Source of the DNA: Burkholderiales bacterium
GTDB taxonomy: Bacteria; Pseudomonadota; Gammaproteobacteria; Burkholderiales; Burkholderiaceae_C
Assembly: GCA_046342195.1 (NCBI GenBank)
Contig: JBKDQE010000020.1
Span: 18,671-82,670, forward strand
Length of the DNA: 64,000 nucleotides
Direction: 5' to 3'
Below are positions 19,483 to 28,008 of this stretch, piece by piece (positions within the stretch are counted from its first letter, which is position 1; every line of letters starts with the position of its first letter). A model generated the notes under the pieces. It made no database searches, was not told the DNA's origin, and was given only the letters and a program-made list of their open reading frames with translations. The translations under genes and the position numbers were made by a program.

Positions 19483-20651
19483 GAGTCAATCCAAGTGGCG
19501 GGCACACGAACATAGCTGCCTGTGCTGTTTTGTAATTTTTGAAGCAAGACAGGGTCAAAATTGACTCGTGGCCGGTGGCCAAGTGTGATATCGGTTTCAG
19601 AGATCAAGGCCCCATGAATTTGAAGCGTGGCTTCTAGTGCCTGAGATGTGATGCGACCGGCATAGAGAACCCCGTAAAGCGTTATGGGGCCATTCAACTG
19701 CGCCAATTCATCCACAATGAATAAAACAGGCCGATGGGGAGAACCCAGAGTAATCGGGCTGTCGACTCGAAGTTCTCGCAAATGAACCATGGTGACCGAC
19801 TCATCCGCAAGATGCTCTGCCAGGCTCTGAGAGCAGTTGTGCTCACATTGAAGCCTCAGCAGAGAGGGTTGGGTTTGCCACTCATGTTTGTCAAAGCCAA
19901 ACATTGATTTGAATAACTCTGAAGACTGCTTGACCGACGGCGATGCGTTTTTCTCAGGGGGCTCGTTGAGGGGCCTGATAAAACCCGGCTGATGATCAAC
20001 GGGGCTACCCGTGATGGTCTGTTTGGAAAAGGCAGGGGACATTTTTTTTTGATCAATCAACTCGCTAAAGCCCGAGATTTGGACAGAACCCAAGGCCATC
20101 AGAGCCGCACTCGGAAGACGATGCAAGCCTCCCATCAGGGACCATGTTTGGTGCAATTCAGCCCCGGGTTGATGCCCACATGCGGGGCTGGCTTGGGCAC
20201 ATGCACGAGACCTGACTTGTACACTGCGCTCCATGCTGGAAGGCAAGAGATCAACGACAAAAGCAGGCCCGGCCGCAGGCGTAGGGAGGTTTTCAAGGGA
20301 TAAATTGTTGCCGCATTGACAATGCCAGGCGGAGTCATGATGTTGACAGGCCAAAGAATGGCCGGCCTGCCCTTTGGGAACCTGGCTGCCTGGCCTCAAT
20401 TGACAGGAAGAGTGGCCCAAAGTGTGAATTGAATTCAGATGCGTCTGAGCCCAGGAAAGCCCGGTTTCTGCCGCAGCCATGGATTGAGATTTCATCGCAT
20501 TGTTATGGGCGGCTCTTTGAGCAAAAAGAATGTGCTGATAGACCCAGCCAGCACTCATCACGATCCCGCTGATCAACAGGATCAATAGAGTCAAGACCGT
20601 CGATCCACGCTGATGGATACTTGATAATGGAACCAGACAGAGTTTGTGCAT
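19479..20651 (-). CDS. PilX-N-domain pilus assembly protein, Cys-rich, 390 aa
   Basis: N-terminus QRGSTVLTLLILLISGIVMSAGWVYQ...AAETGLSWAQ resembles the PilX N-terminal domain. About nine Cys residues in the body. Confidence 0.6.
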   Translation of the reverse strand: MHKLCLVPLSSIHQRGSTVLTLLILLISGIVMSAGWVYQHILFAQRAAHNNAMKSQSMAAAETGLSWAQTHLNSIHTLGHSSCQLRPGSQVPKGQAGHSLACQHHDSAWHCQCGNNLSLENLPTPAAGPAFVVDLLPSSMERSVQVRSRACAQASPACGHQPGAELHQTWSLMGGLHRLPSAALMALGSVQISGFSELIDQKKMSPAFSKQTITGSPVDHQPGFIRPLNEPPEKNASPSVKQSSELFKSMFGFDKHEWQTQPSLLRLQCEHNCSQSLAEHLADESVTMVHLRELRVDSPITLGSPHRPVLFIVDELAQLNGPITLYGVLYAGRITSQALEATLQIHGALISETDITLGHRPRVNFDPVLLQKLQNSTGSYVRVPATWIDS

Positions 20652-20666
20652 TTGAAATGTAGAGGG

Positions 20667-21359
20667 TCAAGATTGTTTCAGGTCAATACCAGAACACTGG
20701 TTTCTTGACGGAAGTTTTTCGCAGTCACAGGCCCCGAACCTGACATGATTGCGCAGTGTGACCAGCGACTCGTGACGCCGGGTCAGGGATGAACCGCCGG
20801 GGCTTTCGGCCACAATGACAAGCTGTAGCGCCAGCCCCTCTTGGGGACGAGCACAGTGCATAAGGGGTGATACTGGACGGAGTTCAAATGAGCGTACGCG
20901 CAGCACATGGGGGTCTGTCAGTGCCTGCCAATTTTGAGCCCCTAGCGCAAATTCGAGCACACCCTTCTTGAGGCGAACTCCGAAGACATCATGGGCATCA
21001 ACCTGATGATTTTCTGTGGCATCCCGCGAGGTATGAAACACAAGCCCTTGCTCGGTGAGTTGAATCTCAGCGTAAGGGTTCAAACGCGTCACTTGCGGGC
21101 TGGCCCAATACCCGGCGCGTCGCACATGGCTGATGATCAGGCGGGCGCTGGTGCGCAGGTCATGGTCAAGGCGGGCTTGCTGAACTGAGGCATGATGTAT
21201 GCGAGTGTACTCGGCCCATAGCAGCACCCCCGCACTCAGCAGGATCATGCCCACGGCACTTCCGACCAAAAACTCAACCAGCGAAAAGCCTGACTGGCCC
21301 TTGGCTTGTAGAGCCAAATCAGCCCGAGCTGTGGGCCTATGGACAACAAACGGCTTCAT
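20667..21359 (-). CDS. PilW-like type IV minor pilin
   Basis: KGQSG|FSLVEFLVGSAVGMILL prepilin N-terminal methylation motif. ATGA overlap with the upstream gene. Confidence 0.65.
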   Translation of the reverse strand: MKPFVVHRPTARADLALQAKGQSGFSLVEFLVGSAVGMILLSAGVLLWAEYTRIHHASVQQARLDHDLRTSARLIISHVRRAGYWASPQVTRLNPYAEIQLTEQGLVFHTSRDATENHQVDAHDVFGVRLKKGVLEFALGAQNWQALTDPHVLRVRSFELRPVSPLMHCARPQEGLALQLVIVAESPGGSSLTRRHESLVTLRNHVRFGACDCEKLPSRNQCSGIDLKQS

Positions 21360-21868
21360 GATGACCAGCAACTCCGGTTTTGCTCATCGCTATTGCGAAG
21401 TGCCATGCTGGTTCCCGAGCGCTGTTTCATTTCGAGGCCCTGCCACTCAATTTGCAGATGCTGACAAGGCGAATCATTGGCTTGGGCAGCCTGCGCCCAT
21501 GCAGACACAATGTAGCCGTTTTGATCATATTGATTCATTTGAAAGGCATAGTGCCGGGCCTGTGGACTGCCGCGCCATTTAATTTCTTCAAGATTACCGT
21601 AGCGGCCATGGCTGCTGCGGTAACGTGCCTGGGCCAGTTGAATTTGCTGCAGGCCAGACCAAGCTTCAGCGCGTCGGCTTTTAAGTAAGGCTTGGCTGAA
21701 TGAGGGGTAAGCCAATGTGGCGAGTGTGGCTGCAATGAGTAAGGTGATGATCGTTTCAATGAAGCTGAACCCTTTGAAATCACTTGCTGAGTGACGCTGG
21801 GACAGCGAGAGGCCGGGGCGATGGGCCTGAGTTGATGGAGCAGCCGATGGAAGTGGAAATTTTTCCAT
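21356..21868 (-). CDS. PilE-like type IV pilin
   Basis: FKG|FSFIETIITLLIAATLATLAYPSF motif followed by a pilin-like globular part with two Cys. Confidence 0.65.
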   Translation of the reverse strand: MEKFPLPSAAPSTQAHRPGLSLSQRHSASDFKGFSFIETIITLLIAATLATLAYPSFSQALLKSRRAEAWSGLQQIQLAQARYRSSHGRYGNLEEIKWRGSPQARHYAFQMNQYDQNGYIVSAWAQAAQANDSPCQHLQIEWQGLEMKQRSGTSMALRNSDEQNRSCWSS

Positions 21869-21870
21869 GA

Positions 21871-22488
21871 TCAACACCCTGGCAGGCCCAAACGGTTGTC
21901 AGGGGTAGAACAAGTGCGTATCCGGCCCATGATGTTAATGACATGGTCAATGCTCTTGCCTTGCGATGTGGTGAGCTTGAGCCGGGCGGCTGGAGTGCTT
22001 GTTCCGAGGGTGGGATCAAAACGAATTGAAGTGACATTGGATTGGAGAGAAATTTGATCTTTCCTGCCCCAACGCACTGACTTCAACAGCAGGCTTCCGG
22101 GCTCGCAGTGGACAGACAACAGAGTGCAAGGGCAACTGGTGGATCTGCCAGTATGCAAGATGTAACAGCTTCCCTCAGGGTAGGGTTGCCAACTCCAGCG
22201 CACAGGCAGATTGCGCAGAGCTGATTCAGACCGGGCCAACTGCAAGTCAGTGACAAGCTGCATGGAGGCTTGCTTGAGCCGCACATAATCCCGGTGCGCA
22301 GCGAATGCAGGGACCGCCCCGCTGAGGGTGATTGCAAGCAGGCTGAGAACAACGAGTATTTCCGGGAGCGTCAAGCCGCCATGACGGTAAAAACAACACA
22401 CTTTTTGATGCGCAAAATGAACACGGCGGCCACTGTAGAACGACTTTGCAAAAGTGACGCCCCTCTCTGGGGGGATGCTTGCAAGCAC
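21871..22488 (-). CDS. GspH/FimT-family pseudopilin
   Basis: HGG|LTLPEILVVLSLLAITLSGAVPAF...LVTDLQLARSESA, typical of the FimT/GspH domain. The true start may be an internal GVG-type codon, the GTG giving leader M-CCFYRHGG. Confidence 0.65.
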   Translation of the reverse strand: MLASIPPERGVTFAKSFYSGRRVHFAHQKVCCFYRHGGLTLPEILVVLSLLAITLSGAVPAFAAHRDYVRLKQASMQLVTDLQLARSESALRNLPVRWSWQPYPEGSCYILHTGRSTSCPCTLLSVHCEPGSLLLKSVRWGRKDQISLQSNVTSIRFDPTLGTSTPAARLKLTTSQGKSIDHVINIMGRIRTCSTPDNRLGLPGC

Positions 22489-22515
22489 ACCCCAAAGGGG
22501 GTACTCAAGCCCTGG

Positions 22516-23019
22516 TCAGGCAGACAAGCTGGAGAAAAAATGCCCCTGATGGTAGAGCAGAGGCTGTGCGGTTTCGGTCTGCCAACAGCGAATCACCTCT
22601 CCGACAAAAATCAGATGATCCCCACCCGGATATTGATACCTATTGATACATTCAAATACCGCTGCACAGCCTTCAAGGAGGGGGGTTTGTGATGCACCAG
22701 ACTGGAAAATAACACCCTTAAAACGATCATCTGTAGAGCAGGAAAATTGTTCTGCAAGGGCTTGCTGCTTGGCCGTCAGGACATGAATTGCAAAGTGGGA
22801 GCATGCTGAAAATGCAGGCAAAGAGCGAGATTTAAGCGCCAAACTCCAAAGCACCAAGGGCGGAGACTCTGAAACAGAGTTAAAAGAGCTGACAGTGAGA
22901 CCGACCTTGCAGCCTTCGGGTGAATGGGCTGTCACAATCGTCACGCCCGTGGCAAACATGCCTAGCGCAGATCTGAAATCAGAGGAACTGAACTGATGGA
23001 GAGGCAATGGGGAAGGCAT
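22516..23019 (-). CDS. flavin reductase family protein
   Basis: FRSALGMFATGVTIVTA...GLTVSSFNSVSESPPLVLWSL flavin-reductase-like domain. It ends 27 nt upstream of the pilin operon on the same strand. Confidence 0.8.
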   Translation of the reverse strand: MPSPLPLHQFSSSDFRSALGMFATGVTIVTAHSPEGCKVGLTVSSFNSVSESPPLVLWSLALKSRSLPAFSACSHFAIHVLTAKQQALAEQFSCSTDDRFKGVIFQSGASQTPLLEGCAAVFECINRYQYPGGDHLIFVGEVIRCWQTETAQPLLYHQGHFFSSLSA

Positions 23020-23057
23020 GTTGACGAGTTGCAATCGGGTGAAATTGAGCGGCACCC

Positions 23058-23078
23058 TAGGGCCTGTTAACACTAAAG
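23058..23078 (+). repeat. solo MITE end (TA + GGGCCTGTTAACACTAAAG)
   Basis: Exact 19-mer shared with 46123-46141 and near-identical to the termini of the elements at 53974-54139 and 54957-55123. Confidence 0.7.
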
Positions 23079-23173
23079 GGTGTGAAGACAAAAGTTTACA
23101 TGGCGGCAACAAGCATTTTGATAGAGACCGCACCGCATACTCAACCAGAATTTTAAGATTGAGTGATTTCTTG

Positions 23174-23445
23174 GATTATGTCGTCACAAGAACGCCCTAT
23201 GATGGAAGATTGAATCTTTTGCGCGAAGCCGAATGACATCCGCCCACCGACGCCACGATATGCGCGACCATGACAAGCCCCTCTACCGCCAGCGTCACCC
23301 AGTCGAGAATGCTTTTTTGCACCTCAAGGGATGGCGCGGCATTGCCACGCGTTACGCTAAAAATCTGGCTTCATTCCTCGCTGCTGGACAGATTCGATGC
23401 CTCGCCCTTTGGCTCCGAATCTCATGACGACAGAATATAAGGAAG
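23174..23445 (+). mobile_element. IS5-family transposase C-terminal fragment plus IS end (remnant)
   Basis: ...LYRQRHPVENAFLHLKGWRGIATRYAKNLASFLAAGQIRCLALWLRIS*. Upstream residues (VVTRTPYDG..LLRE) look like a frameshifted continuation. Paralog of 4190-4375. Confidence 0.7.
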
Positions 23446-23473
23446 CCTCTGTAAAATCCGTCTTCCATCCCCC

Positions 23474-23524
23474 ATCCCGGAAAGGCGCGCTCATCTACGA
23501 GGGGTTTTGCCGAGGCTCCTTAAT
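23474..23524 (+). repeat. left copy of ~50-bp direct repeat flanking the REC-TPR cassette
   Basis: CATCCCGGAAAGGCGCGCTCATCTACGAGGGGTTTTGCCGAGGCTCCTTA, compared with 25493-25545. Confidence 0.65.
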
Positions 23525-23578
23525 GATTCGGCCATGAGCCATTAACGCGCTACACGTTTTACCCTGAAATTCCTGAAG

Positions 23579-25303
23579 CTATGAAGATGTTCTGAGATGA
23601 ACACCTCCTGCTGGGCGGGAGGTAGCTGCTCCCACGCCACACTGAACCCCTTGATGACAGTATCTTCTCTGGAGGTCATTGATAATCTCGATCAGGCTGC
23701 CGACATTCTGAATCTCGTCGTGATGACGCTGAAGAAACTTACTGGCCAGCTGAATGACCTTGGCATTTTTTGTTTGAGAGCTGATGACCATCAAAGCCTT
23801 GATCGTAGTTAAATAAGACCCCACAAGGCTGTGGCTGATTGCTACTTCGACTTCCTTGCTGATGTATTTCTGACTTTCCTGAATCAGGTTGATAAAATTG
23901 GTGTGGTTTGATGCAGCCATACAGAGCATTTCTGTTGATACTCTGGAAGTGCAAAAACGATGGGCCAGTACACTGACCCAAGTATTGGATTCCTCCAGAG
24001 TTATCTCAGCTTGAGAAAACTGAGCGAGGGTTGCCGTCAGATTAATAGAAGCTTCAAAATCAAAATTTTCAACAAGAATCTCGGAGGACATCTCACGAAT
24101 TTTAGTGATGGCTTCAGAAATTTTTTTATTAATTAATAATTTTAAAAATTTGCAAATAGCGTAAAACCTGCACAATCGGGCACTATTTGGCGATTTTTCA
24201 TAGAAAGCTTCCATGCTGGAATAGGCCCTTAAAAACAATTTATCATCTTGACGGGAAAAATAAATTATACATAAAAAAACCAAAACTTGGCAGTCGAACA
24301 GTTTAGAGCGGATTCCTGTTCTGACCGCTTTTTCAAGCATATCAGTAGCAACATCGATATTTCCCATCAGAAATGCCAAAAAACCATTCTTTTGTAATCG
24401 TATAATGTCAAATGGTGTCATCTGAGTGGAATTTTTGTAGGTGAGCATCGCTCCCTGAAAATCGCCTTTATCAATTTGATAACGAGCCATGACATCATAA
24501 GCGTCGATGTAAGTGGGCTGCTCTCCAATCAGGCTTTCCAAGGTTCGCTTGGCAGCAGGGTATTGGCCTTCTTCGATTTGCACCCGAGCAATTCCCAATT
24601 TGGCCCATGGTAATGCCTCGCTTTTCTGGACCGCTTCATACAATTCGCGGGCTTCATTGTGACGGCCTAGCCTGATTTGAACCTCTGCACCAATCCGTGC
24701 AGCATATAACCAATATGGATCTCGACGCTTAAAACGCTGCAGGCAAATCCCGGCGGCTAATTCAAAGTCTCCGAGTTCAATCGCAGAAAATATCGGAGCC
24801 ATCACTTTTTTACTACGATAGATACGTAAAATTCGATCCTGCAATGCCGCTATACTGTAGGGGCGTAACAAATAACTATCTACAGCAGATTCTACAACCT
24901 CAGCCACTTTTTGATAGCTGGCTTCGCTACTCAGCATGATAAAAACAGTTGAATAGCGCAATATATGGCGGCGGCGCAAATCCTCCAAAAGATCTTGCCC
25001 GGTCATGGAAGAATTGCTAAAATAATAATCACAAAAAATAAAATCAAATTTTCTGCTTTCCAATTCTTTGCGCGCATCCGACAAACGAATACATTGATCA
25101 ATATTTCGCATACCTATTTGAACCAACATACCTGCCAGTATACTACGAGAGGTTTGATTGCCATCAATAATAAGTGCACGACAATGACTGACATTTTCAA
25201 TGTCAGCTTCCTGACGCATCCAAGTTTTGATGTTTTTTTGAGCACGATTCACGATTGTCGTTTTATGAATATATTTACCAGAGTCAGAAGTGGATTTATT
25301 CAT
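23579..25303 (-). CDS. atypical receiver (REC) domain protein with C-terminal TPR-like repeats
   Basis: REC alignment by eye: ALIIDGN / FIFCDYYF / FIMLSSEA / SYLLRPYS. Followed by about 400 aa of helical TPR-like repeats. AT-rich coding sequence. Confidence 0.8.
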   Translation of the reverse strand: MNKSTSDSGKYIHKTTIVNRAQKNIKTWMRQEADIENVSHCRALIIDGNQTSRSILAGMLVQIGMRNIDQCIRLSDARKELESRKFDFIFCDYYFSNSSMTGQDLLEDLRRRHILRYSTVFIMLSSEASYQKVAEVVESAVDSYLLRPYSIAALQDRILRIYRSKKVMAPIFSAIELGDFELAAGICLQRFKRRDPYWLYAARIGAEVQIRLGRHNEARELYEAVQKSEALPWAKLGIARVQIEEGQYPAAKRTLESLIGEQPTYIDAYDVMARYQIDKGDFQGAMLTYKNSTQMTPFDIIRLQKNGFLAFLMGNIDVATDMLEKAVRTGIRSKLFDCQVLVFLCIIYFSRQDDKLFLRAYSSMEAFYEKSPNSARLCRFYAICKFLKLLINKKISEAITKIREMSSEILVENFDFEASINLTATLAQFSQAEITLEESNTWVSVLAHRFCTSRVSTEMLCMAASNHTNFINLIQESQKYISKEVEVAISHSLVGSYLTTIKALMVISSQTKNAKVIQLASKFLQRHHDEIQNVGSLIEIINDLQRRYCHQGVQCGVGAATSRPAGGVHLRTSS

Positions 25304-25492
25304 AGCAAGCCTTGGCTGATTTTATGAAAAAAATCATCTGTCAATCAAATGCAAAAACCACCATCAAGAACACTTAAGGAAGCTCTGCAAAACCGATCCT
25401 GGATAAGTGCGCCTTTCCAGGATGGAAGATGCAAGGCTGGTTTTTCAACCTGTCGCAGGCGCTACAGGCAAAAAAGCCAACGCAGCAGACCT

Positions 25493-25545
25493 CATCCGGG
25501 AAAGGATGCGATGGCCGCGAGGGGTTTTGCAGAGGTTTCTTGAAT
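25493..25545 (+). repeat. right copy of ~50-bp direct repeat flanking the REC-TPR cassette
   Basis: CATCCGGGAAAGGATGCGATGGCCGCGAGGGGTTTTGCAGAGGTTTCTTGA, same orientation as 23474-23524. Confidence 0.65.
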
Positions 25546-26169
25546 CAACTGTCATGCCATAACACAACGCCATCTTCTGCATGTCATTCACCTACTCAAT
25601 CAAGCGATGCTGCCGTGGTTTTAGGGCCTGTCTGGAAAGTTGTCATCAAGCAAGAAATGGTCTATTGAAGTGAGCTGCAAGCCACAAAGTACAGCCATAC
25701 CAGGGGGTATTGCCAGGATTTGCAACGCCGCAGATCCCTTCAAGAGACCGTTTTAGGGTTCGCAAGAACTTTCCGAACAGGCTTTAAATGCCATTGGGTT
25801 CCATGGTGATATTTTTTTCGGCATATAAAGGGCTGACTTGAGGATAAAGTTGATGTGGTTGGCCCTGCAACACCTCTCCATGCCCTATGAATGGTCACAC
25901 CGGAGCATGTTGGGCGATAAAAAGCCGCCGGGTTTTATCGCCACTTTGATAAATTCTTGAGTGAGCTTATGGGGCCATGAGGGGGATTTTCGCTGCGCTC
26001 AGCCGCGATACTTCACAGAGACAAGTTGAGGAAGAAGCGGTTTTTGCGAGTCAGAAAGCAGGGATTACTGACAATACATGGTGGCGCTCCCCCTGCCCTC
26101 TCCCAAAGGGAGACAGCAGGAGGAGTCAGCGTTTATCAAAATGAGGCAGGGCTTGGTGCGGGCGTGGGC

Positions 26170-26191
26170 GTCTGTGGCAAGCGCCACAGAC
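26170..26191 (-). terminator. hairpin downstream of lpdA (no U-tract)
   Basis: 9-bp perfect stem GTCTGTGGC-AAGC-GCCACAGAC, 27 nt after the lpdA stop. It lacks a T-run, so terminator function is uncertain. Confidence 0.3.
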
Positions 26192-26217
26192 CGGCATCAA
26201 CATACCACCCATGATTT

Positions 26218-27996
26218 TTAACGCTTGACAGGCGGCAAATCGGTGCAGGCGCCTTTGTAGGCCTCGGCTGCCAAGCCAATACTTTCACCCAAGGTGGGGT
26301 GTGGGTGAATGGTTTTGCCGATGTCCACCGCATCGGCGCCCATTTCGATGGCCAAGGCCACTTCACCGATCATATCGCCAGCGTGCGTTCCGACAATACC
26401 TCCTCCCACAATGGCATGGGTTTCTTCACTGAACAACAGCTTGGTAAAACCCTCGTCGCGGCCATTGGCAATGGCACGCCCTGAAGCCGTCCAGGGGAAC
26501 AGACCTTTCTTGACCTTGACACCGCGGGCCTTGGCCTCATCTTCGGTCAGACCCACCCAAGCTACCTCGGGGTCGGTGTAGGCTACGCTGGGGATGACGC
26601 GGGCATCAAAAGCGGCCTTGCTGAAGTGGGCATCATCCCACTGCTCACCGGCAACCACTTCAGCCGCCACATGAGCCTCATGCACTGCCTTGTGGGCCAG
26701 CATGGGCTGGCCAACGATATCGCCGATGGCAAAAATGTGAGGCACATTGGTGCGCATTTGAATGTCAACGGAAATGAAACCGCGCTCACCCACGACCACT
26801 CCAGCTTTTTCCGCACCAATGCGCTTGCCATTGGGGATACGCCCCACCGCCTGCAAGACCAAATCATAGAGCTGAGGCTCTTTGGGGGCAGATTCACCTT
26901 CAAAGTGAACCAAAATACCGTCTTGGGTGGACTGAGCGCCGATGGTTTTGGTTTTGAGCATGATGTGATCGAAACGCGGGGCGTTCATCTTCTGCCAAAC
27001 CTTCACCAGATCACGGTCTGCACCCTGCATGAGGCCGTCCATCATTTCGACCACATCCAGGCGGGCACCGAGGGTAGAATAGACCGTGCCCATCTCAAGG
27101 CCGATAATACCGCCCCCCACCACCAGCATGCGCCGGGGCTGCTGACGCAACTCCAAGGCTCCCGTGGAAGTCACCACACGGGGGTCATCTTGGGGTAAAA
27201 AGGGTAATTTAACCGCTTCAGAACCCGCAGCGATGATCGCCCGCTTGAAACGGATGGTTTGGTTCTGGCCGTCAGCCATGGCCACACCCAGATGGAAGGG
27301 GTCGAGGAACTCGGCTGTCCCCTGCACCACCGTGACCTTGCGCATTTTGGCCATGGCAGCAAGGCCTCCGGTCAGCTTGCTAATGACCTTTTCTTTGTGG
27401 GTCTTGAGCTTGGCGAGGTCTACCGATGGCGCGCCGAACGACACGCCAAGGGATTCGAAGTGCTTGACCTCGTCCATCACGGCAGCCACATGCAGCAAAG
27501 CCTTGGAGGGAATACAGCCCACATTCAGGCAAACCCCGCCGAGCGTGGCGTAACGCTCCACCAGCACCACCTTCAAGCCGAGATCAGCGGCACGGAACGC
27601 CGCAGAGTAGCCTCCAGGGCCCGCCCCGAGCACCATCAGATCACATTCAAGATCAATGCCGCCAGAGTGGCTGGCTGCCACAGGCACAACAAGCGATGTG
27701 GCCACAGGGGCTGACGATGCAGCAGGGGCTGAGGGGCGGCTTGAAGAATCATGAACTCCGGCAACCTCCAAAGACAGCAGCACGGTCCCCTCGCTAACTT
27801 TATCACCGAGTTTCACCTTGAGTTCTTTGACCACCCCAGCATGGGACGAAGGAATTTCCATTGATGCTTTGTCAGACTCGACCGTGATCAAGCTTTGCTC
27901 AGCCTTGATGGTGTCGCCCACCTTGACCAGCAACTCAATGACCGCCACCTCTTTGAAGTCACCGATATCGGGAACTTTGATATCAATCAATGCCAT
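26218..27996 (-). CDS. lpdA: dihydrolipoyl dehydrogenase (E3) with N-terminal lipoyl domain
   Basis: N-terminal lipoyl domain (ESDKASMEIP), then FAD motif VLGAGPGGY, the redox disulfide CLNVGCIPSK and C-terminal HPHPTLGE. Confidence 0.95.
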   Translation of the reverse strand: MALIDIKVPDIGDFKEVAVIELLVKVGDTIKAEQSLITVESDKASMEIPSSHAGVVKELKVKLGDKVSEGTVLLSLEVAGVHDSSSRPSAPAASSAPVATSLVVPVAASHSGGIDLECDLMVLGAGPGGYSAAFRAADLGLKVVLVERYATLGGVCLNVGCIPSKALLHVAAVMDEVKHFESLGVSFGAPSVDLAKLKTHKEKVISKLTGGLAAMAKMRKVTVVQGTAEFLDPFHLGVAMADGQNQTIRFKRAIIAAGSEAVKLPFLPQDDPRVVTSTGALELRQQPRRMLVVGGGIIGLEMGTVYSTLGARLDVVEMMDGLMQGADRDLVKVWQKMNAPRFDHIMLKTKTIGAQSTQDGILVHFEGESAPKEPQLYDLVLQAVGRIPNGKRIGAEKAGVVVGERGFISVDIQMRTNVPHIFAIGDIVGQPMLAHKAVHEAHVAAEVVAGEQWDDAHFSKAAFDARVIPSVAYTDPEVAWVGLTEDEAKARGVKVKKGLFPWTASGRAIANGRDEGFTKLLFSEETHAIVGGGIVGTHAGDMIGEVALAIEMGADAVDIGKTIHPHPTLGESIGLAAEAYKGACTDLPPVKR

Positions 27997-28008
27997 GATG
28001 GGTTCCCC

